A stretch of DNA of 64,000 nucleotides from Saprospiraceae bacterium (GCA_046160625.1 JBJXGZ010000044.1:736-64735), one strand, 5' to 3'. Shown: positions 19,464-28,045, numbered from the stretch's first letter. A program made the numbers and translations. Notes: generated by a model from the letters alone, not told the origin.

Positions 19464-19568
19464 TGTGATGAAATATTTTGCGGAAGGTACGGCGAGCCTT
19501 GGAATTGGATAAATTGGAAAGGATTTGAGTCTTCTGTAACCTGTATCAAGTGTAAAAACCCTTGTTTT

Positions 19569-20210
19569 TTACTCATTTATGAATTGATACCCTCCTTTCG
19601 TAGCGCCCCATACCTGTTTTCCTGTTGCATCAAATCCTTGATCCCAGGATTCAAGAAATCCCTTTTTTAAGGTAATTTTTGTGGTAGCGTATTTTGCACC
19701 TCGTAATTCAGACGGACATTTTTCACCGTCTGTACCGCCTTGATATATTCCATTGCGTTGATACATGGTTACAGTACACCCGTCTTTTAATTCAATCATT
19801 TCAGGACTTAGTGCCTGTCTTTTTTTTGAGTCATTTTGTAACCCTATGAAATTTTCCTGAAGTTTAATGGTGTATATATCGCTTGTAAAAGTCCCTTTTG
19901 ATGGATGGCTTAATTTATAGACCCTTTGACGATATGGTTTGTCTTTTTTAGACGCCAACGCTTGTTCAACATAAAGCCAAATTGCATCATTTTTATCTTC
20001 CCAAATCCTGGACATAGAAAGACTGATGTGGAGATAGTTACTATCTATTTCAGATTGTTTTTTACTGGAAAAATCGCCCATTAAAAGGGAGGCAAATCTT
20101 TGTAAATCCTTATCATCAATAGGTTTAACAGCATTCTTTGTTGTTGCACATCCAATTGATAAGGCCGTGAATAGTAATAAAATTGCTTTGCTGATTCTGT
20201 TTGCTTGCAT
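19569..20210 (-). CDS. CpcT/CpeT (DUF1001) family lipoprotein
   Basis: Lipobox ...LSIGC. Blocks LMGDFSSKKQS, LYVEQAL...KPYRQRVYKL, DGCTV...GEKC and VWGATKGGYQF align with conserved CpcT/CpeT blocks as I remember them. Confidence 0.75.
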   Translation of the reverse strand: MQANRISKAILLLFTALSIGCATTKNAVKPIDDKDLQRFASLLMGDFSSKKQSEIDSNYLHISLSMSRIWEDKNDAIWLYVEQALASKKDKPYRQRVYKLSHPSKGTFTSDIYTIKLQENFIGLQNDSKKRQALSPEMIELKDGCTVTMYQRNGIYQGGTDGEKCPSELRGAKYATTKITLKKGFLESWDQGFDATGKQVWGATKGGYQFINE

Positions 20211-20375
20211 GGTGTGTGCTATTTATTTAGGGTTGTTTATTTTTGGCGCGAACAATGTGGCAGGTCGGAATGCGGGGGGCAGGACACCTACATACTAATG
20301 ACAATGCTTTTTATTCTGTTTGCTGTAATCTTGATGAAAACATCAAACGTGGCAGAGGCGAGGCTAGCTTAATAT

Positions 20376-21335
20376 TTAATCTAAAATTAGTTTTAAATTT
20401 TTCAATACTTCATCATGATTTATATGGTGTCCTTTTATAAGTGTAGTTTTTTCAAGGATTTCAATAGACTTTCTAGCATATTCTTTCCAACCTTCTTTAT
20501 TTCTTATCCTCAAAAACTCCGCCTTTGCAAAATAACCAAATGGAAATCTAGGGTTAGACAAAATAGTGCTATCTATATAGTTTTCAATTTCGTCTCCGTC
20601 CTTAAGTAATACAGTTTTTCCTTCTACAAAGAAAATATTGTGCATTCGCTTACTTAATTCGCTCGTTATAGAAATAGTACCACTACTTTTAATTCCAGGC
20701 AATCCAAAAATATCAAGATTTGCAATATCTGAATATTCTATAATTGCATCAACCTTAGTTTTTAATTCAACTATTTCTTTGTCTTTTTTATCAAGCCGAT
20801 CATTTATGTTTTCGAGAATATTAGCATTAACAATACCAAATTGATTCTCAAAGGCGTATTTGTCCAACATTCCCTTTACTTTAGTTTCGAAAATTAAAGA
20901 AGAATAAAGCTCTTTTTCAGAAAACCTAAGGACTGGAAAAACCATTTTGGAAAGTGCATCTTCTCCAATAATTTTCACACATTCAGTTTGAAGTTCAATG
21001 AAATCAGACATTGGAGACGTTTTAAAATTACCAAAAATTACATAGTTAACCTTTAGTACTCTTAAAATTTCAACATCATTTTGATGCAAATCATTAAATA
21101 AGTTTTTATCTTCTTTTCTTATTTCAAAAACCTCGTTTATTCTACTCCTTTCAACAAGCATTGGAGGTGTATTTATGCCGGAAATGATACTTTCAAAACT
21201 TCTCCTAAAATCAATTCCTTTTGGAAAAGGTTCATTATTCCAATGAAAGTCACGACAATAAACTCCAACAGAGTTTTGGGATTTGCAAAAAGAAGTTGCA
21301 ATTATTACAATTAGAATACTTAATGATATTTTCAT
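20376..21335 (-). CDS. Secreted hypothetical protein in the AT-rich islet
   Basis: 319-aa ORF with signal peptide MKISLSILIVIIATSFCKSQ. I recognise no family. The DNA is strongly AT-rich. Confidence 0.6.
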   Translation of the reverse strand: MKISLSILIVIIATSFCKSQNSVGVYCRDFHWNNEPFPKGIDFRRSFESIISGINTPPMLVERSRINEVFEIRKEDKNLFNDLHQNDVEILRVLKVNYVIFGNFKTSPMSDFIELQTECVKIIGEDALSKMVFPVLRFSEKELYSSLIFETKVKGMLDKYAFENQFGIVNANILENINDRLDKKDKEIVELKTKVDAIIEYSDIANLDIFGLPGIKSSGTISITSELSKRMHNIFFVEGKTVLLKDGDEIENYIDSTILSNPRFPFGYFAKAEFLRIRNKEGWKEYARKSIEILEKTTLIKGHHINHDEVLKNLKLILD

Positions 21336-21339
21336 AGAA

Positions 21340-22071
21340 TTAATTACAGTTTGGAATTATTCTTCCTCCAATTTTTGAAACTGATTTAGAATCAAAAACC
21401 ATTGACACATTGCATGTGTCGTTTGAATTAGTTATTATTAAAATATATTGATTTTGACTAGAATTTGGCGTTATCATAACCCTTGGGTTATATTTTGTTG
21501 AACTTGTTGATATTTTTGCTTTTTGATTATTGATATAAATTTCTTTGTACCCATTAGTTTTGGCTGAAAGTTGTATAGGAATCTCTAATTCCTTTTCATT
21601 ATCAATGTTCTTATTAACCTCTGGATGAACTTGATGGGCTTGTGTTTTCATTGCATTTTCATAAAACTTTTCTACCCTATCTAAAATTCCCATCTCTAGC
21701 CTTTTCTTTTCTGGTTCATCTAATGGCATTTGATTATAAAGGCTTATTTTTCCACAAATATCAATTACCAAAGAATTCCAGTTTTCAACGAAATTCTTTT
21801 CATAAATAGTCTTATCAGAAATAATTTTTTCGGAATAGTTATCCAGTTTAGCGCGTATATCAACATCAATATTGGCTTTACCTATTTTTTTTAGATAGGT
21901 ATCTAACTGTCCTCCTAAATCAAAAAAAGCATCAACATCATTTAGATTCTTTGTATTTATTTCTGTAATACTCGATATGGTCTTGTATGGACAGTCAACA
22001 TTATTCATGCGGCAATTGCATAATATTAAAAAAAATAATCCTACTAAAATTTTTATTGAGCCACTCTTCAT
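21340..22071 (-). CDS. Hypothetical lipoprotein in the AT-rich islet
   Basis: 243-aa ORF with a hydrophobic N-terminus ending ...LILCNC. It lies 4 nt upstream of the 319-aa ORF on the same strand. I recognise no family. Confidence 0.55.
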   Translation of the reverse strand: MKSGSIKILVGLFFLILCNCRMNNVDCPYKTISSITEINTKNLNDVDAFFDLGGQLDTYLKKIGKANIDVDIRAKLDNYSEKIISDKTIYEKNFVENWNSLVIDICGKISLYNQMPLDEPEKKRLEMGILDRVEKFYENAMKTQAHQVHPEVNKNIDNEKELEIPIQLSAKTNGYKEIYINNQKAKISTSSTKYNPRVMITPNSSQNQYILIITNSNDTCNVSMVFDSKSVSKIGGRIIPNCN

Positions 22072-22211
22072 GATAAATATATTTTCAATAACAAAAAGAT
22101 TTTTCCGGTAGCAAAATCCTCAGCAGCATCAAAAACCTTGGTGCGAAATCAAATTTAGCAGATCAGCGCTTGCGGATATTAGCTAGAACGCCAACATAAA
22201 AAAAATGCGCA

Positions 22212-22982
22212 CTATCCCTTCCCCTCCACCTCATCCAAAAACGCCTCCAAAAACTTATTAAACTCCGCCGGCTTTTCCATCATGGGCGCGTGGCCGCATT
22301 GATCGAGCATGTGGAGTTGGGCGTTCTCAATCAAGTCCCTGAATTTTTCTCCTACAAAAGGCGGAGTCACTATATCCTGCAGACCCCAGATAAGCAGCGT
22401 GGGGGCCTTGATCTTATGGAGTTTGTCGCCGATGTTGTGCCGCACGGCCGACTTGGCCGTGGCCACCACCCGGATGGCCTTGCCGCGGTCGTTCACGATG
22501 CTGAACACCTCGTCCACCAATTCCTTGCTGGCCACGGCAGGGTCATAGAAAGTGGCTGCAGTTTTGGTCTTGATGTATTCGTAATCGCCGCGTTTCGGGA
22601 ATGCCGTGCCGAAAGCACTCTCGTACAATCCGGAACTTCCGGTAAGTATCAAAGAAGCGATGCGTTCTGGATGGCCAATCACGTACAGCAGCGCCACGTG
22701 GCCGCCCAGCGAATTTCCCAGGACGTGTACCTTGTCATATCCTTTGTATTCTACAAACTTGTCCACAAAATCCACCAATCCCGCTACCGAAACCTGAAAA
22801 ATGGGTAATTCATAAATGGGTAAAAGCGGAATCACCACATTGTGTTTATGGGAAAAGTGATTGACCAGGTCCTCAAAATTGCTAAGTGCTCCGAACAAGC
22901 CATGCAACAACATGAGCGGTGTGCCGTCACCGCCCGTTTCGATGTATTTAAAACCTTCTTCTTCTTTGATCTGGAAATTCAT
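22212..22982 (-). CDS. Alpha/beta-fold hydrolase
   Basis: Internal ATG gives MNFQIKEEEGFKYIETGGDGTPLMLLHGLFG, an HG oxyanion motif. The nucleophile elbow is GNSLGG and a late His occurs in DQCGHAPMME. Confidence 0.85.
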   Translation of the reverse strand: MNFQIKEEEGFKYIETGGDGTPLMLLHGLFGALSNFEDLVNHFSHKHNVVIPLLPIYELPIFQVSVAGLVDFVDKFVEYKGYDKVHVLGNSLGGHVALLYVIGHPERIASLILTGSSGLYESAFGTAFPKRGDYEYIKTKTAATFYDPAVASKELVDEVFSIVNDRGKAIRVVATAKSAVRHNIGDKLHKIKAPTLLIWGLQDIVTPPFVGEKFRDLIENAQLHMLDQCGHAPMMEKPAEFNKFLEAFLDEVEGKG

Positions 22983-23091
22983 GCGCGGGATGTTTCTGAT
23001 TGATTCGAGAATAGGTTTTGAAGGGATATGGGCAAAAGTAGAAAAAAGCGGCAACTAAGACTCTGTATAGAAAAACCTGTGACAGGTATTA

Positions 23092-23197
23092 TTTTTTGAC
23101 AGGATTTACAGGATAAACAGGATGGGTGACTCCAACATGTCGGCGAAGCCGACAATCATTATTAAATCCTGTTTATCCTGTAAATCCTGTCAAAAAA
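23092..23197. repeat. Perfect 32-bp inverted repeat with a 42-nt loop; arms carry a 9-nt periodic ACAGGAT unit
   Basis: ttttttgacaggatttacaggataaacaggat (23092-23123) is the exact reverse complement of 23166-23197. The loop holds a mini-hairpin, tgtcggcgaagccgaca. The element lies immediately downstream of the ctaA stop. Confidence 0.9.
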
Positions 23198-23203
23198 CCT
23201 TAT

Positions 23204-24274
23204 CTAGTCAAGTTTGGGTTTGCGCAATTGATAGCATATCCACAGCACCACGCTCAACAACACCACTGCACCTGCCTGATGTGCCACGCCCAGATCAACC
23301 GGAATACTGGCCTTACAATTGATCACGGTGAAGATACCGAGCAGCACCTGAACACCTACCGCCGCCAACATCCACCAGGCGCTGCGCCTTAAAAGTGGTG
23401 AAATGTTTTCCTTCAAAATTTTCCACACAAAGTACAACACCATGCCTGTTAGTAGGTAAGCCGTATTTCGGTGCAAAAAATGGATCAGCGCCGGCATAAA
23501 GGGATTGGTGTCATAGTGGATAAAACTATCTGAGACCCAATGACTTCCGTCCAGTAAAACCGAGGGCAAATATTCCCCGTTCATATCAGGCCAGGTCGGG
23601 AAAAATAGCCCGGCTTTCGAGCCTGACATGATGGCGCCCAGGGCAATCTGGAAAAATACCACCCCAAATATTATCCACGCAAAACGACGAAATCGGAGAC
23701 TTGAAAAAACGGGCAATTTGGGGGAAGCCGCTAAAAACCAGGTCCAAAGCAGGTAGGTAAAAATGACCAGAGCCAAGCAGAGGTGGAGCGTCAGATTGTA
23801 AGCGTTTACCCATGGTCTTTTGATGAGTCCACTCGCCACCATCGCCCATCCAAAAAAACCTTCAAGGCCAGCCAGGCCCACCACCATCAACATCCTTGGC
23901 AACAAGCGCCTAGACATCATTCCCCGCCACAAAAACCAGGCAAAAGGGATGACAAAAACAAAGAACATCAGCCGGGCCCACAAGCGGTGAAAGTATTCCC
24001 AGAAGTAAATGAACTTAAAATCGCCCAGCGACATTCCCTGGTTAATCTTCTGGTATTGAGGAGTTTGTTTATATAGTTCCAACTCCGCTAGCCAGTCGGA
24101 TTCATTTAGCGGTGGGATGCTACCGGTCACGATCTCCCAACGGGTTATACTCAATCCGCTACCGGTAAGGCGCGTTACGCCGCCAATAATGATCTGCATA
24201 AAGATCATGACCAGCCCGGTGATCAGCCAGATTTTGACCGCGCGGGAAATGTTGAAATCGTCTGTGAAACGCAT
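23204..24274 (-). CDS. ctaA: Heme A synthase (COX15/CtaA family)
   Basis: Polytopic membrane protein with conserved His-containing helices (EYFHRLWARL, HFLHRNTAYL, GVAHQAGA). The start is moved to ATG 24274 because the GTG extension lies inside a hairpin arm. Confidence 0.85.
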   Translation of the reverse strand: MRFTDDFNISRAVKIWLITGLVMIFMQIIIGGVTRLTGSGLSITRWEIVTGSIPPLNESDWLAELELYKQTPQYQKINQGMSLGDFKFIYFWEYFHRLWARLMFFVFVIPFAWFLWRGMMSRRLLPRMLMVVGLAGLEGFFGWAMVASGLIKRPWVNAYNLTLHLCLALVIFTYLLWTWFLAASPKLPVFSSLRFRRFAWIIFGVVFFQIALGAIMSGSKAGLFFPTWPDMNGEYLPSVLLDGSHWVSDSFIHYDTNPFMPALIHFLHRNTAYLLTGMVLYFVWKILKENISPLLRRSAWWMLAAVGVQVLLGIFTVINCKASIPVDLGVAHQAGAVVLLSVVLWICYQLRKPKLD

Positions 24275-24306
24275 TATAAAAAGGGAGTTTGTTGTGCTAA
24301 GTGTTA

Positions 24307-24392
24307 TTTTTTGAAACACATAGGAACATAGGACACATAGAGGGGCCGGGTATAAAAACTATGTGTTCTATGTGCCTATGTGTTTCAAAAAA
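24307..24392. repeat. Inverted repeat with 34-bp arms (2 mismatches) and an 18-nt loop; 8-nt periodic ACATAGG unit
   Basis: ttttttgaaacacataggaacataggacacatag pairs with ctatgtgttctatgtgcctatgtgtttcaaaaaa. The element lies 33 nt upstream of the ctaA ATG. Confidence 0.85.
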
Positions 24393-25114
24393 ATAAAGAT
24401 GTGTTCATCCAACTATCAGTATTTCTCAAACTTAAAACAAAAGTAGAACCGTTCAGGCTTTAAGTTTTCCATCCTTGACTCCTTTCTATGAAATTTAGAT
24501 GGTTTAAAAAAATCCCCCTGCGGGCATCATAAGGGCTGTTAGTTTGTGGATAACGCTGTAACATTATATAAAGAAAGTGCTACCAATAGAAGTTACCAGC
24601 TTTGCCAACAGATTGCCCACAAGAAAGGGTTTTTATAATCAAGCACTTGCCGATTTTTCAACACCCAAACCTGCAAACGTTTAGAAACAGGGTGTGAGAT
24701 TTTTACGAAAGAGGCGTGTTGTTAACCCGTGTTTGCGGGTGTGGGCTTTTGCACAACACATGGTCTGCTTGTAGGTTTTCAACCTCGCCTTGAGTGTACT
24801 GTTGTGAAAACTTGTGCATGAATGAAGGGTTATACACACTCCATTCCAACAATATCACTTTTTCAAAACCACTGTAAATCAAGGGAGTAGATGCACTGAA
24901 AAAAGCGACTGTTGATAAGTGTTTAAAACAAAAAATATTTTAACGCAATAGGTTGATTATGAGTGAAATGGATAATTTATAATCATGTGTTTCCAATTTT
25001 AATTTTGTAAAATTAATTGAATGATTGAATGTATTTGGTAAATGGTAAAACAATCCGACTCAAGCAATCATGTAAGAAAGCCCCATCGGGGGGACAACGT
25101 ATTTATTTTTATCC

Positions 25115-26152
25115 TCACCGCATCTCAGCCGGAATCGCCGACATACTTTTCAGGTTTCCATCGCGTAAAACCCAAAGGCTAATGCTCCGACCAATAGACG
25201 CTTCGTCGAGCACCTTATGTAGTGTGTCAATAGAATCAACAGGTTTTCCCTCAAACTGCACTATGATGTCGCCGGCACGAAGACCAGCTTTGTCAGCAGA
25301 CCCGCCGGACTCTACGCTTTGAACCTGTATACCACCTTTGGTATTTATTTCCAATGCATTGAGCCATTTTGATGGCAATGGAACCGCTTGTGCTCCTATA
25401 CCCAGCATACCACGGCGCACACGCCCTTCGAGGATCAATTTGCCTACCACCAACTTGGCTAAATTGGAGGCCACCGCAAAACACAATCCTTGTCCCGGCA
25501 AGATCACTGCGGTGTTTACACCAATTACACGACCAAAAGAATCCACTAAGGGACCACCTGAATTTCCAGGATTGAGTGCTGCATCCGTTTGAATTACGTC
25601 GTCAATCAAGCGACCAGTTTGGGTACGCAGTGTTCTGCCCAAGGCGCTCACCACTCCTGCTGTCACGGAATATTGGAAACCAAAAGGGTTACCGATGGCA
25701 ATGGCGATTTGCCCCACTTGAAGTTTATTGCTATCTCCAAAACGGGCGGGCATCAAATTTTCAGCATCAATTTTCACAACGGCAATGTCGGTGGATACGT
25801 CGTCGCCAACGGTGCGGGCATGAAAACTTCGGCCATCTGGAAGACTGGCTTCGATGTGCGTTGCGCCATTTACAACATGACTGTTTGTCACCACAAAGCC
25901 ATCGGTACTTATGACAAATCCACTTCCTGATCCGGCATTTTGGCCGTTACCACCAGGTGCTTGCCTTTGTCTATTTTGTTGGTTTTCAGGTTTTTGAACT
26001 TTTAAATGAACTACTGCGCCACTTACCTGCCGGGCTACACCAGCCACTGTTTTTGAATAGGTATCGAGTAAATCGCCATCCAAATCGGCAGGCGTTCGAG
26101 GGGAAGAAGAGCGCACTTCCGGTACTTCTTCTGAAGCAAGAAAATCAAGCAT
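25115..26152 (-). CDS. Trypsin-like serine protease with PDZ domain (HtrA/DegP family, S1C)
   Basis: Catalytic triad contexts TNSHVV, DIAVVK and GNSGGPL, with a C-terminal PDZ-like GLRAGDIIVQFEG. The start is moved to MLDFLASEE (26152) because the ORF-track extension runs into the 46-bp repeat. Confidence 0.85.
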   Translation of the reverse strand: MLDFLASEEVPEVRSSSPRTPADLDGDLLDTYSKTVAGVARQVSGAVVHLKVQKPENQQNRQRQAPGGNGQNAGSGSGFVISTDGFVVTNSHVVNGATHIEASLPDGRSFHARTVGDDVSTDIAVVKIDAENLMPARFGDSNKLQVGQIAIAIGNPFGFQYSVTAGVVSALGRTLRTQTGRLIDDVIQTDAALNPGNSGGPLVDSFGRVIGVNTAVILPGQGLCFAVASNLAKLVVGKLILEGRVRRGMLGIGAQAVPLPSKWLNALEINTKGGIQVQSVESGGSADKAGLRAGDIIVQFEGKPVDSIDTLHKVLDEASIGRSISLWVLRDGNLKSMSAIPAEMR

Positions 26153-26237
26153 GATAAAATGAGTTTGGGTAAAAAACGGCGGGCGCAGGGAATTTTCAGT
26201 GCAGCTTTGGCGATAATTGTGCCAGAGACAAATTGTC

Positions 26238-26390
26238 ATGTTGATTTGTTTATTTGGGGATTTGGTTATTTGAGGTGCCAAAGCTTAGATGCCGTTAAGA
26301 GGACAATACTTTTGTCCTGATTTTCAGTGAACACAAATTCCAATCTTTGGCACCTCAAATAACCAAATCCCCAAATAAACAAATCAACAT
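26238..26390. repeat. Perfect 46-bp inverted repeat separated by 61 nt; arms carry an 8-nt periodic (G/T)ATTTGNN unit
   Basis: atgttgatttgtttatttggggatttggttatttgaggtgccaaag (26238-26283) is the exact reverse complement of 26345-26390. An inner hairpin, aggacaa/ttgtcct, sits in the spacer. The right arm overlaps the last codons of the aldehyde dehydrogenase gene. Confidence 0.95.
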
Positions 26391-27823
26391 CCAAAAGTCA
26401 CATTCTTCGCTTCCGTGAAAAAGCGCATGGCTTCCCATCCGCCTTCCCTTCCCACACCAGAATTCTTTACTCCGCCAAAAGGGGTGCGCAAATCGCGCAG
26501 CATCCAGGTATTCACCCAAACAATGCCGGCTTGTAGATTTTCGGCGAGGTGATGGGCGCGTTGAAGATTATTGGTCCATATGGTGGCACTAAGTCCATAA
26601 GGCGTAGAGTTCGCCATTTCCAGGGCTTCGGTGTCAGAGTCAAAGACTTGGATCGTTGTTACCGGGCCAAATATTTCTTCCTGATTTGTGCGGCATTCGT
26701 GTGGCAAACCCTCTATTACGGTTGGTGCAATGTACCACCCTTTATCAAATGGTGCGGGCATTTGCAGTGCTGATCCGCCCGTTAAGATTTGTCCGCCTTC
26801 TTGTTTTGCAAGTTCAATACAGCCAAGCACTTTTTCAAAATGCATCTTGGAGACTACAGCGCCAAGGTTGTTGACATGGTCGCTTGGATTGCCGACTTTC
26901 AAGTTTTTCACCCGTTCGACGAAATCTTTTTTAAACCGCGGGTAAAGACTTTTTTCTACATAAATTCTGGAACCACAAAGGCATATCTGGCCTTGATTGT
27001 TGAAAGAGGAACGTACAGTAGTGTCCAACATTTTCTCATAATCACAATCGGCAAAAATTAGGTTTGGGTTTTTTCCGCCCAATTCCAGACTCAATTTTTT
27101 GAACATCGGTGCGGCGATGCGGGCAATTTCGGAGCCGGCCCGAGTGCTCCCTGTAAATGAAATGGCTTTAATTTCGGGATGGCGAACAATGGCTTCACCG
27201 GCACTTGGACCCAGACCATGTATGATATTCAACACACCAGGAGGCAAACCCGCCGCATTGCAGATGTCGCCCAAAAGATAAGCAGTAAGCGGTGTCACTT
27301 CCGAAGGTTTACCCACTACACAATTTCCTGCTGCCAATGCTGGGGCTATTTTCCAACTGAACAGATAAAGTGGAAGGTTCCAGGGAGATATGCAACCCAC
27401 TACTCCAATAGGTTGTCGGAGCGTATAACTCAAAGAACCTGGAGCATGGTGGCTTTCTGAAGCAAAATGCAGCAAGGCCGTAGCAAAGAATTTAAAATTG
27501 AGCGCGGAACGGGGTATGTCTATCGTTCGGGCCGTAGTAACTGTTTTACCCGAATCAGCACTTTCGGCAGTTGCGAGGGCATCCAGGTTTTGGAGTATCC
27601 CGTCCGATATATTGCGGAGTATATCATGCCGATGTTCAAGCGGCAGGTTAGACCAGGCAGGGAAGGCTGCACTTGCAGCTCTAACGGCTTCTTCAATGTC
27701 TTCGGAATCTGAGTCGGGTATCTTACCGGAAATTGTTCCTGTAGCAGGATTAAAATTGTCAACGTACTGTCCATTTATTGGAGGCACATTTTTCCCGTTG
27801 ATATAATTGTGGATGACTTGCAT
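26384..27823 (-). CDS. NAD(P)-dependent aldehyde dehydrogenase
   Basis: 479 aa with ELGGKNP (catalytic Glu) and QGQICLCGSR (catalytic Cys). Length and layout are typical of ALDH. Confidence 0.9.
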   Translation of the reverse strand: MQVIHNYINGKNVPPINGQYVDNFNPATGTISGKIPDSDSEDIEEAVRAASAAFPAWSNLPLEHRHDILRNISDGILQNLDALATAESADSGKTVTTARTIDIPRSALNFKFFATALLHFASESHHAPGSLSYTLRQPIGVVGCISPWNLPLYLFSWKIAPALAAGNCVVGKPSEVTPLTAYLLGDICNAAGLPPGVLNIIHGLGPSAGEAIVRHPEIKAISFTGSTRAGSEIARIAAPMFKKLSLELGGKNPNLIFADCDYEKMLDTTVRSSFNNQGQICLCGSRIYVEKSLYPRFKKDFVERVKNLKVGNPSDHVNNLGAVVSKMHFEKVLGCIELAKQEGGQILTGGSALQMPAPFDKGWYIAPTVIEGLPHECRTNQEEIFGPVTTIQVFDSDTEALEMANSTPYGLSATIWTNNLQRAHHLAENLQAGIVWVNTWMLRDLRTPFGGVKNSGVGREGGWEAMRFFTEAKNVTFGC

Positions 27824-27905
27824 TTGTGTATGCTAATGTATGGACAAAGATATAGAATTGCCATTCAGTCGTTGATGGTGTTATGTAACCAACGGTTTGT
27901 ATAAA

Positions 27906-27921
27906 TGTTCCACGTGGAACA
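27906..27921. promoter_or_regulatory. 16-bp perfect palindrome TGTTCCACGTGGAACA; candidate operator upstream of the aldehyde dehydrogenase gene
   Basis: Lies 83-98 bp upstream of the ATG at 27823. An identical 16-mer recurs at the centre of the palindrome at 27982-28023. Confidence 0.4.
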
Positions 27922-27981
27922 AATTGAGGGTTCTTTGGATTGGGGATAGGTTATCACTGAGAGGTGAGTGTTTAAAAACAA

Positions 27982-28023
27982 GCACGACCTATATTGTTCC
28001 ACGTGGAACAATATAGGTCGTGC
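27982..28023. terminator. Perfect 42-bp palindrome; hairpin downstream of the OmpA-family gene, containing the same 16-mer
   Basis: gcacgacctatattgttccacgtggaacaatataggtcgtgc is its own reverse complement. It lies 23 nt after the stop at 28046 (minus strand). Confidence 0.7.
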
Positions 28024-28045
28024 AAGAGAACAGAAACAAGTCCTT

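Noticed and set aside
26238-26390. The 153-bp element with 46-bp perfect terminal inverted repeats, considered as a MITE.
   Set aside because: I found no second copy in the window, no flanking target-site duplication and no transposase. It is kept as an open alternative in the findings and not called a mobile element.
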